Below are positions 19,846-27,946 of a stretch of 64,000 bases of DNA, piece by piece; within the stretch, counting starts at the first letter, position 1; each line of letters starts with the position of its first letter. Source of the DNA: a virus (lineage: Duplodnaviria; Caudoviricetes). The DNA is taken from positions 1,546 to 65,545 of the IMG/VR virus record IMGVR_UViG_2731957839_000001; one strand, 5' to 3'. Position numbers and translations under genes: made by a program. The notes beneath the pieces are model-generated. The model had not been told where the DNA came from and made no database searches. It was given only the letters and a program-made list of their open reading frames with translations.

Positions 19846-20462
19846 CAGATCCCCCCATAACGTACTTTGCGCACCACCGGCGATTGCTGGGCCTTCGAGG
19901 TGCGCATCGCCTGGGCTTTTTCTGCGTTGGCCATGCTGGAATACACCGAGGCCAGTTGCAGGTCGCCCCACGACACATTAGGCATGGCCAGCAATACCGC
20001 CTGCGCACCAAACAAAATGCCGTTGCGGTGCATGGCGAACAGCTCGTCCGGCAGTTCAGTCAGTTCATTACCCGGGGCCACGGCGACGTGCATCACCAGG
20101 CCGTTGCGCAGGTAGGTTTCAGTCGGGATCACATCGAGCTGGGCAACCGCCGAAGCACCAAGAATCGCATAGCCACGTGGGGTGCCAGTGCCATCAGTGA
20201 TGTTGCGCTCGCTGATCGCTTCCAGCACCTTGCCGTCCAGTCGCGCCCAGAAGGTGCGGACAGGGAACGTACCTGCCGGGTATTCCAGCTCCACGTCGCG
20301 TTGGCCCTTGATCACCGGGGCCGGGTCGAGGGTCACTCGCCACGACTCGCTGTCGCGGTAGAACTCGGTGGCAGAGACGCGCAGTGCGCGCTCCACCAGA
20401 GTTTCCGGGCAACCCGGCGCCGCGATGAGGGTTTCGGCCAGTAGGCTTTCGAGGTAATTCAT
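19845..20462 (-). CDS. Head-tail adaptor / tail tubular protein A-like
   Basis: APGCPETLVERALRVSATEFYRDS; position after the capsid. Confidence 0.6.
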   Translation of the reverse strand: MNYLESLLAETLIAAPGCPETLVERALRVSATEFYRDSESWRVTLDPAPVIKGQRDVELEYPAGTFPVRTFWARLDGKVLEAISERNITDGTGTPRGYAILGASAVAQLDVIPTETYLRNGLVMHVAVAPGNELTELPDELFAMHRNGILFGAQAVLLAMPNVSWGDLQLASVYSSMANAEKAQAMRTSKAQQSPVVRKVRYGGI

Positions 20463-21157
20463 GCCTTGGCCCGCACGTTCGGATTGACCACCGCTTCGTT
20501 CTGCGCCTTGGCGGCCAGCGAACCGGCAAACAAGGTGTAATGCGCGCTACTGCGTTCGCCGTTGCCGGCAAAATCGGCATCTTTCGAGTACGCCCGGAAC
20601 AGCACGTAATCGAGCAGGACGTTGGAATAGATGTCCGGGATGGAGATTGCCTGGCGATACGACGTCAGCACGTTCGGGTCACCCACGGCCACGACATCCG
20701 CCGGCGCACGGGAGATCACTGCCTCGATGGCACCGGTGCCGTCGTTACCTGGGAAAACATAGAAATTGGTCGGGTCCACGTCATCGAAACAGAAGTGCTT
20801 GACCTCTTTGGCGTAAGTAAACACCGACGGGTCATGCCACGACGGGTGCTGCGAATCGAGGACCTCACGGTCCACTACCCGAGCCGCCCGGGTACCCACA
20901 CGAGGCGTGGTGACTGGGGTTTTCAGGTTGCGCATCACCCGCAGCAGCGCCAAGCCACCGGCACCAATACTCTGGAGCGTGCCTTGTGTGAGGGTCAGTG
21001 CCACGTTGACGGCGGTTGCGCTCGGCTTATAGATCGCCACTTCGCGCTGGCCGTCATTCAGCCACTGGAGCATTTCACTGAACGGCCAACGAACGCCCGT
21101 GGTGTCCTGCACAATCGTCTGTGCTCGGGTGATGATGTCGCTGGCCAGAATAGTCAT
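20459..21157 (-). CDS. Head-tail adaptor (DUF6682-like)
   Basis: VRWPFSEMLQWLNDGQREVA...LLDYVLFRAYSKDAD. Confidence 0.7.
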   Translation of the reverse strand: MTILASDIITRAQTIVQDTTGVRWPFSEMLQWLNDGQREVAIYKPSATAVNVALTLTQGTLQSIGAGGLALLRVMRNLKTPVTTPRVGTRAARVVDREVLDSQHPSWHDPSVFTYAKEVKHFCFDDVDPTNFYVFPGNDGTGAIEAVISRAPADVVAVGDPNVLTSYRQAISIPDIYSNVLLDYVLFRAYSKDADFAGNGERSSAHYTLFAGSLAAKAQNEAVVNPNVRAKA

Positions 21158-21159
21158 GC

Positions 21160-21543
21160 TTAGACCTCAGGTTCTGCTTGGATCAATGCCCAAGCTTCGT
21201 CGCGCAGGGCTTCGGTCACGCCTTTGCCGGCTTTGCCGCGCAACGGGGTCAGTTTCGGCTCGCCGGTCACCGCGAACAGTTTCGCGTCACCTTCGACCAT
21301 CAATTCTTTGATTGCAGCGACCACCAGCTCAAGCGCCGGGGCTTCCACAAGTTCTTTAACGAGCTCTTTCACCGGCTCTTTGGCAGCGCCGGTTTCGGCA
21401 GCTTCGTCATACAGGCGAGCGCCACGGGTCAAAGCAGGGCCGATCAGCGACTCTCGGATCGGTCGCGGGACACCGGGCTGGAACAGTGCGGAAACGCCGT
21501 TGTTGGCAATCACCATCTGCTCATCGGAAACGTAAAGGTCCAT
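21160..21543 (-). CDS. Hypothetical head-associated protein
   Basis: Strong AGGAG RBS; between the capsid and adaptor genes. Confidence 0.65.
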   Translation of the reverse strand: MDLYVSDEQMVIANNGVSALFQPGVPRPIRESLIGPALTRGARLYDEAAETGAAKEPVKELVKELVEAPALELVVAAIKELMVEGDAKLFAVTGEPKLTPLRGKAGKGVTEALRDEAWALIQAEPEV

Positions 21544-21554
21544 CTGTTTCTCCT

Positions 21555-21581
21555 AAAAAGGAGTGGTCCCGAAGGACCACC
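21555..21581 (-). terminator. Probable (leaky) intrinsic terminator after the major capsid gene
   Basis: Minus strand GTGGTCC-TTCG-GGACCAC then TCCTTTTT. Confidence 0.6.
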
Positions 21582-21595
21582 CAAACCCCGTTTCG

Positions 21596-22744
21596 TTAGT
21601 TGTAGAAGGACAGCGCGGTGTCCAGCGTGATGACGCCGAAGTCTTCCTTGGAAGTCGGGCTGGACAGGTTGCCCTTGAACTGTGGCTTCAGGAAGCCAAC
21701 CATCTTGGCGATCGAGACACCGTTTTCGGAACCGTAGTCGAAGTCACGTTCGACCCACTCAGCGCTACCAATGTCAGCCATACCCAGTGCCTGAGCACCG
21801 CAGAGCATTGCGCGCTGGCCTTTACCGTTACCGGTGACCGCACCGAAGCCTTCACCCGCTGCTGCACCGACGGTGTTGAACACATGGCGGTACTCGGTGA
21901 CGATCAGGCCATCCACGTTGACCGAATCCACGCCTGCGAACAGCGGGTTACTGTCACCGCGCACGCCGGCATTACGGATGTTGGCCAGGAAGTCCGGGTC
22001 GAGGCGCAAGTCGGCCATGCCCTGAGGCGTGACGAAGACCTGGTAGGTTTCAGAGCCGCCGGCACCTTTCAGTGGGCGGATGTAGTTGTCCTTGGCCAGC
22101 GCTTTCAGGCGAACCAGAGCGGCGTAGTCCATCGGGACCAGCGAGCCGTCGGCCGCGTCAAAACCGGTACCGGAAGTGATACCCGAGGACTTAAGGTGGT
22201 AGCCGCGACGCGCAGATGGCGCAACGGTGCCTGCATCGGGTGCAAACTCCAGGTCGTTGAAGTTCTTGCCTGCGGCCAGAACCGGGCGCTTGGAACCGTT
22301 GGTGTTCAGGGTGTACGGCATGGAAGCCAGCGACAGGAACGCCAGTTGGTCCATACGATCGGAGAGCCAGTAGCCCAGTGCGTCTTTGGAAGCGTTACGG
22401 AAGTTGACGATCGAACGTTGATCCGCCATGCGACCTTCAAGACGGTTTGCGTTACGCATCTGGTCGAAGGTGATCACGGTGTCGTAGCTGTTCAGCGCTT
22501 CTTCGTTGTCTTCCAGACGGGCGTCACCGACCACACCGTCACCGGTCATGTCAGCGAGCAGGGTCATCACGGCGCGGACGCCTTTTTTGCTCTTGGTGAG
22601 CTCAGTGATGTGCTGGATCAGTGCGTTCGGGCCGGTGCCCATATAGCGGGAAATGAAAGCGTTGTTGCGAGCGTGGTGCCAGAAGGCCATACCCCACGCG
22701 GTGTATTGTTCGTCGGTCAGGGCCGCGAAATTGGTCTTAGCCAT
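21596..22744 (-). CDS. Major capsid protein (N4-gp56/DUF4043-like)
   Basis: GDARLEDNEEAL...DQMRNA, MLCGAQAL, DFGVITLD; size and position. Confidence 0.88.
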   Translation of the reverse strand: MAKTNFAALTDEQYTAWGMAFWHHARNNAFISRYMGTGPNALIQHITELTKSKKGVRAVMTLLADMTGDGVVGDARLEDNEEALNSYDTVITFDQMRNANRLEGRMADQRSIVNFRNASKDALGYWLSDRMDQLAFLSLASMPYTLNTNGSKRPVLAAGKNFNDLEFAPDAGTVAPSARRGYHLKSSGITSGTGFDAADGSLVPMDYAALVRLKALAKDNYIRPLKGAGGSETYQVFVTPQGMADLRLDPDFLANIRNAGVRGDSNPLFAGVDSVNVDGLIVTEYRHVFNTVGAAAGEGFGAVTGNGKGQRAMLCGAQALGMADIGSAEWVERDFDYGSENGVSIAKMVGFLKPQFKGNLSSPTSKEDFGVITLDTALSFYN

Positions 22745-22900
22745 GGTGGCTGTGTCCCCTTATTCGCCGCACCTCGGGCGCGGCTAGTCGAATGGTGTGT
22801 TCATCGATTGCCTTGCCCCGTGTCGTGGGAGCGCCGAAGGTAAAACCGCTGTTGAAGGGGACGACCCTGTGCTTCATGTCGCAGAAGCGAGCGATGCCCA

Positions 22901-22930
22901 ATTATACGCATTGCGTTTATTTATAGGCAA
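22901..22930 (-). promoter_or_regulatory. Capsid promoter TTGCCT-N18-TATAAT containing operator-like site 4
   Basis: Palindrome ATTATACGCATTGCGTTTATT (22901-22921) fills the spacer and overlaps the -10. Confidence 0.8.
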
Positions 22931-23030
22931 GGAAAAGTCCTTCGGGCGATGCCATTTTCAAACCCATGCCATACGCGTAAGGTTCATGCGCCCAGCGTAG
23001 CCCTGGAAAACCACCTAAGTAAGAAGTGAA

Positions 23031-24149
23031 ATGGAAAATCAGACAGATTCATTAAAAAAGTGCATTTATTGTTGGTATCCGAAGGCCGTTTCGGAAATGA
23101 CTCTCGAACATGCGATACCGCAATGTCTCGGTGGGGCTCATGCTCCGGACAACTATAAAATTCGAAACGCCTGCAAGCAATGCAACAGTAATTTGGGTCT
23201 GTTTGTAGATGCCAGCTTTGAAAAATCGTGGATAACATCGCTGGCGCTGGCTCAAGCAACACGATTTTTAGCCGAGTCCAACCCTGAGATAATTTCCCCT
23301 CTCGTTAGCATGGGGAACGTACAAATTTCCCCGCCAGGCATGATTGACACAGAGCTTTGTGAATGGTGGATGGGGTCGCAAGGCGAGCACGTGATTTTGA
23401 TACGGCCCGCGGACGAAAATCTCTATTGGTATATGGGTGGCAACCCAAGGACTATGAAAGAAAAATCGGCCAATGCACGGGCGTACTTTTTTCTCATGGA
23501 CGGCGCCGACCACGGCAAATCACTATCGGAATTCAAAGCATCTTTTCGAGACAGGAAAGTTCGCAAGGTCATGGCTACGACCGTTACTGGTGTAGATGTC
23601 ACACAGCACGGTTTTACATCGCCTGATGCTAGTGACGCCCTCACGATCGAGTACCTTTGGGCGAATGCGATGTCTGGGGTCGAACTCAACAGTAAGCTTG
23701 CAAACCGCCAAGACTTCGACACAAGGTTCATGTGCAAACTCGCGCTAGGGGTTTCTTATGCATTGTTTGGAGACAGGGTTTTTGACAGCCCTCATGCAAG
23801 GGAATTGAAAGAAGGCATGTGGTACAGAGGTGAGGGAGAACCGCCAGCAATAAGCGGGGCGCGCCCGTATAATTCTGAACCGGAACCAATGCTGTCAGAG
23901 TTTCTCTGCGAACCAGGTGCTGTATCCGTAGTGGTAATGCCAAACTATGACAAGCTATCGCTAAACCTGTGCATACATCAGAAGCACTTTTGGAGCATCG
24001 AAATGGCTCCAATGGCGGAGCTAACCGACGCCGACAAGGCCAAAATCGGGGAAGGCAAGGTGATAACACTCTTCAAGTCCTTGAACAAGGGACAAGAATA
24101 CGCAATTGAAGACTACATGCTAGCGCGAGTAACCGCGCGGCGAGGCTAA
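23031..24149 (+). CDS. HNH endonuclease (HNH_5-like N-terminus) moron, antisense within the head module
   Basis: CIYC...TLEHAIPQCLGG...ACKQCNSNLG; AT-richer than flanks; own terminator. Confidence 0.8.
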   Translation: MENQTDSLKKCIYCWYPKAVSEMTLEHAIPQCLGGAHAPDNYKIRNACKQCNSNLGLFVDASFEKSWITSLALAQATRFLAESNPEIISPLVSMGNVQISPPGMIDTELCEWWMGSQGEHVILIRPADENLYWYMGGNPRTMKEKSANARAYFFLMDGADHGKSLSEFKASFRDRKVRKVMATTVTGVDVTQHGFTSPDASDALTIEYLWANAMSGVELNSKLANRQDFDTRFMCKLALGVSYALFGDRVFDSPHARELKEGMWYRGEGEPPAISGARPYNSEPEPMLSEFLCEPGAVSVVVMPNYDKLSLNLCIHQKHFWSIEMAPMAELTDADKAKIGEGKVITLFKSLNKGQEYAIEDYMLARVTARRG

Positions 24150-24150
24150 G

Positions 24151-24179
24151 TAAAAAGCCCCTGAAAAAGGGGCTTTTTA
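24151..24179. terminator. Bidirectional intrinsic terminator
   Basis: TAAAAAGCCCCT-GAAAA-AGGGGCTTTTTA between convergent genes. Confidence 0.85.
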
Positions 24180-24184
24180 TGGAT

Positions 24185-24694
24185 TCACGTGATGATTTGC
24201 CAATCATCCGCCAGCATATCGGTTTGCGAGGCTAGCCAACCGGGCAGCATTGCTCGACGCCCTTCGGCATTCGTTGTCCACATATCGATATGGGGCAGGA
24301 TCTCGCACGATTCCATGTTCAGCGCAGTATGGTAGGGACTGCCATCACGAAGCTGTGCTTCGCGTGTTCCTGGAATCAGTACTAACCACATACCTTTGCC
24401 ATTCCATCCGGCGCGGGCCACTTTGGCACCGGATTTCAGGGCCTCGATGGCCAGGCCGAACGGCAGGCCTTCGGTGTCGCGGTAGGATTTGTCGAACACG
24501 TCCGCCGGTGACCAGCTGATGTAGCCGTCATGGCCCGGGTGGTTGCTCTGGCCGCCATCGAGGTACTCAACGAGGAAACCCTCGTCGGCGCCGTTCTCAT
24601 CGGCCGGGAGCTCCCAGCCGCGGTAGTGGTTGTAGTCGATGCGGCTCATGGGCGTGCCGACGACTAGCTTGGTGCCAATATAGGTGCGGCTCAT
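24185..24694 (-). CDS. DUF2829 / Tad2-like protein with an extra N-terminal domain
   Basis: FGLAIEALKSGAKVARAGWNGKGMWL...WLASQTDMLADDW; N-domain YIGTK...YISWSPADVF. Confidence 0.8.
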   Translation of the reverse strand: MSRTYIGTKLVVGTPMSRIDYNHYRGWELPADENGADEGFLVEYLDGGQSNHPGHDGYISWSPADVFDKSYRDTEGLPFGLAIEALKSGAKVARAGWNGKGMWLVLIPGTREAQLRDGSPYHTALNMESCEILPHIDMWTTNAEGRRAMLPGWLASQTDMLADDWQIIT

Positions 24695-25731
24695 ACCGAG
24701 TTCCCCAGCATTTTGTCGATGACGGACTGTGGTAGGGCCATGAATTCGTCAGGGCTCAGTTCGTTGATGTTCACTTTGTCGCTGCCCTCGCCGTTGGCCT
24801 TGCCGGACAGCACCGGCGGTGCTTTCGTCGCTTTGGCCACTTTGGCAGCGGTTTTGGTCGCCTGAAGGGCCTTTTCACGGTTTGGTACAGGCGTTGGTTC
24901 CTTCTCAGCCTGCTGATCCTCCAGGTCGTGCAGCTTGGCCACGGCTTCGGCAGCCTTGCGGGTCGCTTCAACCATCGTGAAGCCACGCTTCATGTAGCTC
25001 TTTTGCAGCTCGACCGACTCGCTGCCCAGCTCCTCGTTGAACGACTCATGGTTCTCGTCCAGCTCAGGGAAACGGGCGTACAGCTCCTTGATCGTGGCGC
25101 GGAACTCAAGGCGCTCCTCGACCTGCGACGCCAGATCCACCGGTTCGGACTCGACCGGTACTTCGGCGGGCTGTGGGGTCAAGGCGCTGAACACTTCGGC
25201 TTGCAGCGCGGCAGCAAGGTCGGTGTCACCACCGATCAGGGCGTTATTCGCCTCGATCATCTTCGCCTTGATCTGCTCGCCGGTCAGTGGCTTCGGACGT
25301 GCTGCCTCGGCGGTGCTGCGGCGCAATGCGTTGAGTTCGGTCTCCAGCTCGGCGGCGCGCTGTTCGGCCAAACGCTGCTTGCGAATCGACTGGTCTAGGC
25401 GAGACTTTGGGATTTTAGGTTCTTTCGAGCCCTTTTCTTTTGGAGCCGGCGTTGGTTCCGGGTCGGCGTCATCTGCATCGGCGTCGTCAGCTTCGTCGGC
25501 TGCTTCGTCACCGTCAGCGGCGTCATCCAGTTCAGCCCCATCAGTACCGTCGCCATCACCGGCATCATCAGCGGCATCACTATCAACGTCTGGAAGATCC
25601 GCCACATCCGTTGCATCGCTTTCATCTTCCGTCTCCGAAAAGTCATTACCAAAATCGAGTCCGTCGGGTAGAGCTTCCAGTGAGCTAGGGGCGCCTGTGT
25701 ATTCGTCCAGGCTTAGTTCACCGCGGGGCAT
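24691..25731 (-). CDS. Capsid scaffolding protein
   Basis: Very acidic N-terminus, IPKSRL coiled coil, C-terminal INELSPDEFMALP; between portal and capsid. Confidence 0.75.
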   Translation of the reverse strand: MPRGELSLDEYTGAPSSLEALPDGLDFGNDFSETEDESDATDVADLPDVDSDAADDAGDGDGTDGAELDDAADGDEAADEADDADADDADPEPTPAPKEKGSKEPKIPKSRLDQSIRKQRLAEQRAAELETELNALRRSTAEAARPKPLTGEQIKAKMIEANNALIGGDTDLAAALQAEVFSALTPQPAEVPVESEPVDLASQVEERLEFRATIKELYARFPELDENHESFNEELGSESVELQKSYMKRGFTMVEATRKAAEAVAKLHDLEDQQAEKEPTPVPNREKALQATKTAAKVAKATKAPPVLSGKANGEGSDKVNINELSPDEFMALPQSVIDKMLGNSV

Positions 25732-25736
25732 GTGGA

Positions 25737-27899
25737 TTACTCCTGATTTTTACGGGGGGTAGGTTTGGTTTTGTTGTCCCGGGTCGCTTTGTGTTGCGAC
25801 GACTCCAGCTGGACCTCACCCTGGAAGCGGGTGCGGGCCAAATCAGTGGCAGTGCGCAGCTGCTCGCCCTGCGCGCGGGCCTGATGCGTGAGCTGGGCCA
25901 AAGCGATACGGGTTTGCAGTTCTTCGCGCTTGAGGGCGATCTGGGATTCGAGGCGGTCGCGCTCCAGATCCATGGTCGGCGCACGCTCGCCGCCGGCCAG
26001 TTGGCTGGCCTTGGCGACGTTGAGTGCGGTGGCGGACTGGAAGTTTTCGGCCTGGGCCATGAGTTTTTGCAGCTCGGCCTGCGTGGTCTGGATCGCCAGC
26101 TGCTGCTGCATTTGCATCATCTGCACTTCTTGCTCGGACGGCTCGGCCTGACCCAGCAGTTTCTCCACGGCGTCGGCAATGCTGTCGCGCTCGGCCAGGT
26201 TGCTGTGGCGGATGATCACGGTGTCCGGAATGGCGATACCGTTCTCGCGCATACCCATCAGGTCGGCAAACTGTGATTCGTCGAAGTTGTCGCGGTTCGG
26301 CAAGGTGGTGATGACCACATCGTAAGCACCGCGGGTCACGTCGTTGACCAGTTGGCCGGCGGCATTCATGGTGTTGATCAGTACCTGCTCATCCGCTTTC
26401 TTCGGGTCCTGGTCATAAGTGATGTGGACCACGCGCTCCTCGGTGTAGAAGTCCTGAATGAGCTCCAGAATCTTCTCGGCGACGATGCGACGCGTGAGTT
26501 CCATGTTCTTGGTCGGCACCTGGAGCTGCACCGAACCTTGCGCCGTTTGGCGATCGATCGCGACGCCCGATACCGTAGAGGCCACCTGACCGAGCATGCC
26601 ATTGTTGACGCCGGAGATTTCGCGGATAGAAACCGCTGCCTTCTCGCTGATGCGGTCGAGACCGCTCGGGACTTGGTTGGGCTGGATCTTTTGCGGTGGT
26701 TTCGAATTACGGGCATGCACCAGCACGAGGCCGGTTTCGGCACCGCGCTCCTCCAGGTCGTCTTCGGTCATGTTGGTCAGGGTGCCCTCTTCAACCGTCC
26801 AGCCGCTGTTGGCCGTGGTGTTGACGATGTGCAGCTCCTGACTACGGGTCTTGTTCAGGTATTCCTGCGGGCTGATCAGGTTACGGACCATGCCGAACGG
26901 CTTGCCACGGCGGAAGTACGGGAAAAACGGGACGATGCTGAAGGTACGGTACAACGACCAGTCGTCATACAGCGTCACCGAGTCGGCACTCACGGTCCAG
27001 CGCACGCGGCGACCCGGGCGCTTGTGGATCGACAGCTGCATCTTCTCGGCAAACGCGATCATCTTGGCGTCGTCCCAGCCGCTCGGCACTTCGGCCATGT
27101 CGCCGGTCGCTGGGTCGACAAACATGCGCTCGTTGACCCATTTGTAATACTGACGTTCGACGACCCGGATCGACTTGATGTCGCGGTTGTCCGCGTCCGA
27201 GCCACCATAGGCATACGGCGCACCGGCGCCGTTCTTGCCGCCGAAGGTGGTTTCCTCGAAGCGCACCGAGTCGTAGCGGATGTTGTCGCCGGCACTGGTG
27301 GCGCTGCGCAGCTGGTCCGCCTTGTCCTTGCCGTACATGCCCTCGATTTCGTCCAGGCTCAGCCATTCGCTGGTCATCACCTCGGACCAGGTGTTCGGGT
27401 CGTATTCTTTGGCGTCCGGATCGAGGACCACCGAGCGCGGGTCTAGAGACCTGATCTTGACCTCGCCCTGCATGTGGTCACTGAAATCCATGCGCACGTC
27501 GAAGAAGCCGCGGTCTTGGATCAGGCCGTCCGCCAAGACGCTCATTTCCACGTAGCGGTATCGGTTGGCGTGCATGATCTGCATCGTCAGCTTGTTGAGG
27601 GTGAACGCCACCTCACGACTGGCATCGCGGCGTGGTTTGAACGCCACCTGCACTTCGCGGCTGAGCTGATCGCCCAGCGCCGTGTTGATCACGGCCAGGA
27701 TCATGTTGAAGGTCAAAGCCGGACGGCCCTCGGCCTCCAGCTTCGCCATGGTCTTCTCGTCCCACTGTTTCTCGCCGGTGTAAAAACCGTCGAATTTGTC
27801 GGCCTGTACGACGTAGGCAGAGTGCCCATTGTCTCGGGCGCGCACATACCGGGCATGGTTGAGCCGGGCAGCAGAAGCGGGATCTTTGGCGGCGGACAC
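25737..27899 (-). CDS. Portal protein (P22/N4-like)
   Basis: FYTGEKQW...GRPALTFN, GMVRNLISPQEYLNK, SGVAI; Gln-rich C-terminal barrel. Confidence 0.9.
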   Translation of the reverse strand: MSAAKDPASAARLNHARYVRARDNGHSAYVVQADKFDGFYTGEKQWDEKTMAKLEAEGRPALTFNMILAVINTALGDQLSREVQVAFKPRRDASREVAFTLNKLTMQIMHANRYRYVEMSVLADGLIQDRGFFDVRMDFSDHMQGEVKIRSLDPRSVVLDPDAKEYDPNTWSEVMTSEWLSLDEIEGMYGKDKADQLRSATSAGDNIRYDSVRFEETTFGGKNGAGAPYAYGGSDADNRDIKSIRVVERQYYKWVNERMFVDPATGDMAEVPSGWDDAKMIAFAEKMQLSIHKRPGRRVRWTVSADSVTLYDDWSLYRTFSIVPFFPYFRRGKPFGMVRNLISPQEYLNKTRSQELHIVNTTANSGWTVEEGTLTNMTEDDLEERGAETGLVLVHARNSKPPQKIQPNQVPSGLDRISEKAAVSIREISGVNNGMLGQVASTVSGVAIDRQTAQGSVQLQVPTKNMELTRRIVAEKILELIQDFYTEERVVHITYDQDPKKADEQVLINTMNAAGQLVNDVTRGAYDVVITTLPNRDNFDESQFADLMGMRENGIAIPDTVIIRHSNLAERDSIADAVEKLLGQAEPSEQEVQMMQMQQQLAIQTTQAELQKLMAQAENFQSATALNVAKASQLAGGERAPTMDLERDRLESQIALKREELQTRIALAQLTHQARAQGEQLRTATDLARTRFQGEVQLESSQHKATRDNKTKPTPRKNQE

Positions 27900-27917
27900 G
27901 GGCGGTTGAACCTCATT

Positions 27918-27938
27918 AATACACGCAATGCGTTTATT
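27918..27938. promoter_or_regulatory. Palindromic operator-like site 5 (terL-portal gap)
   Basis: AATACACGCAATGCGTTTATT. Confidence 0.8.
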
Positions 27939-27946
27939 CTATCCCA

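Noticed and set aside
25322-25330. CGCAATGCG core inside the scaffold gene (similar cores near 20380 and 31904)
   Set aside because: Mid-CDS with GC-rich flanks; lacks the AT-rich arms, so likely chance
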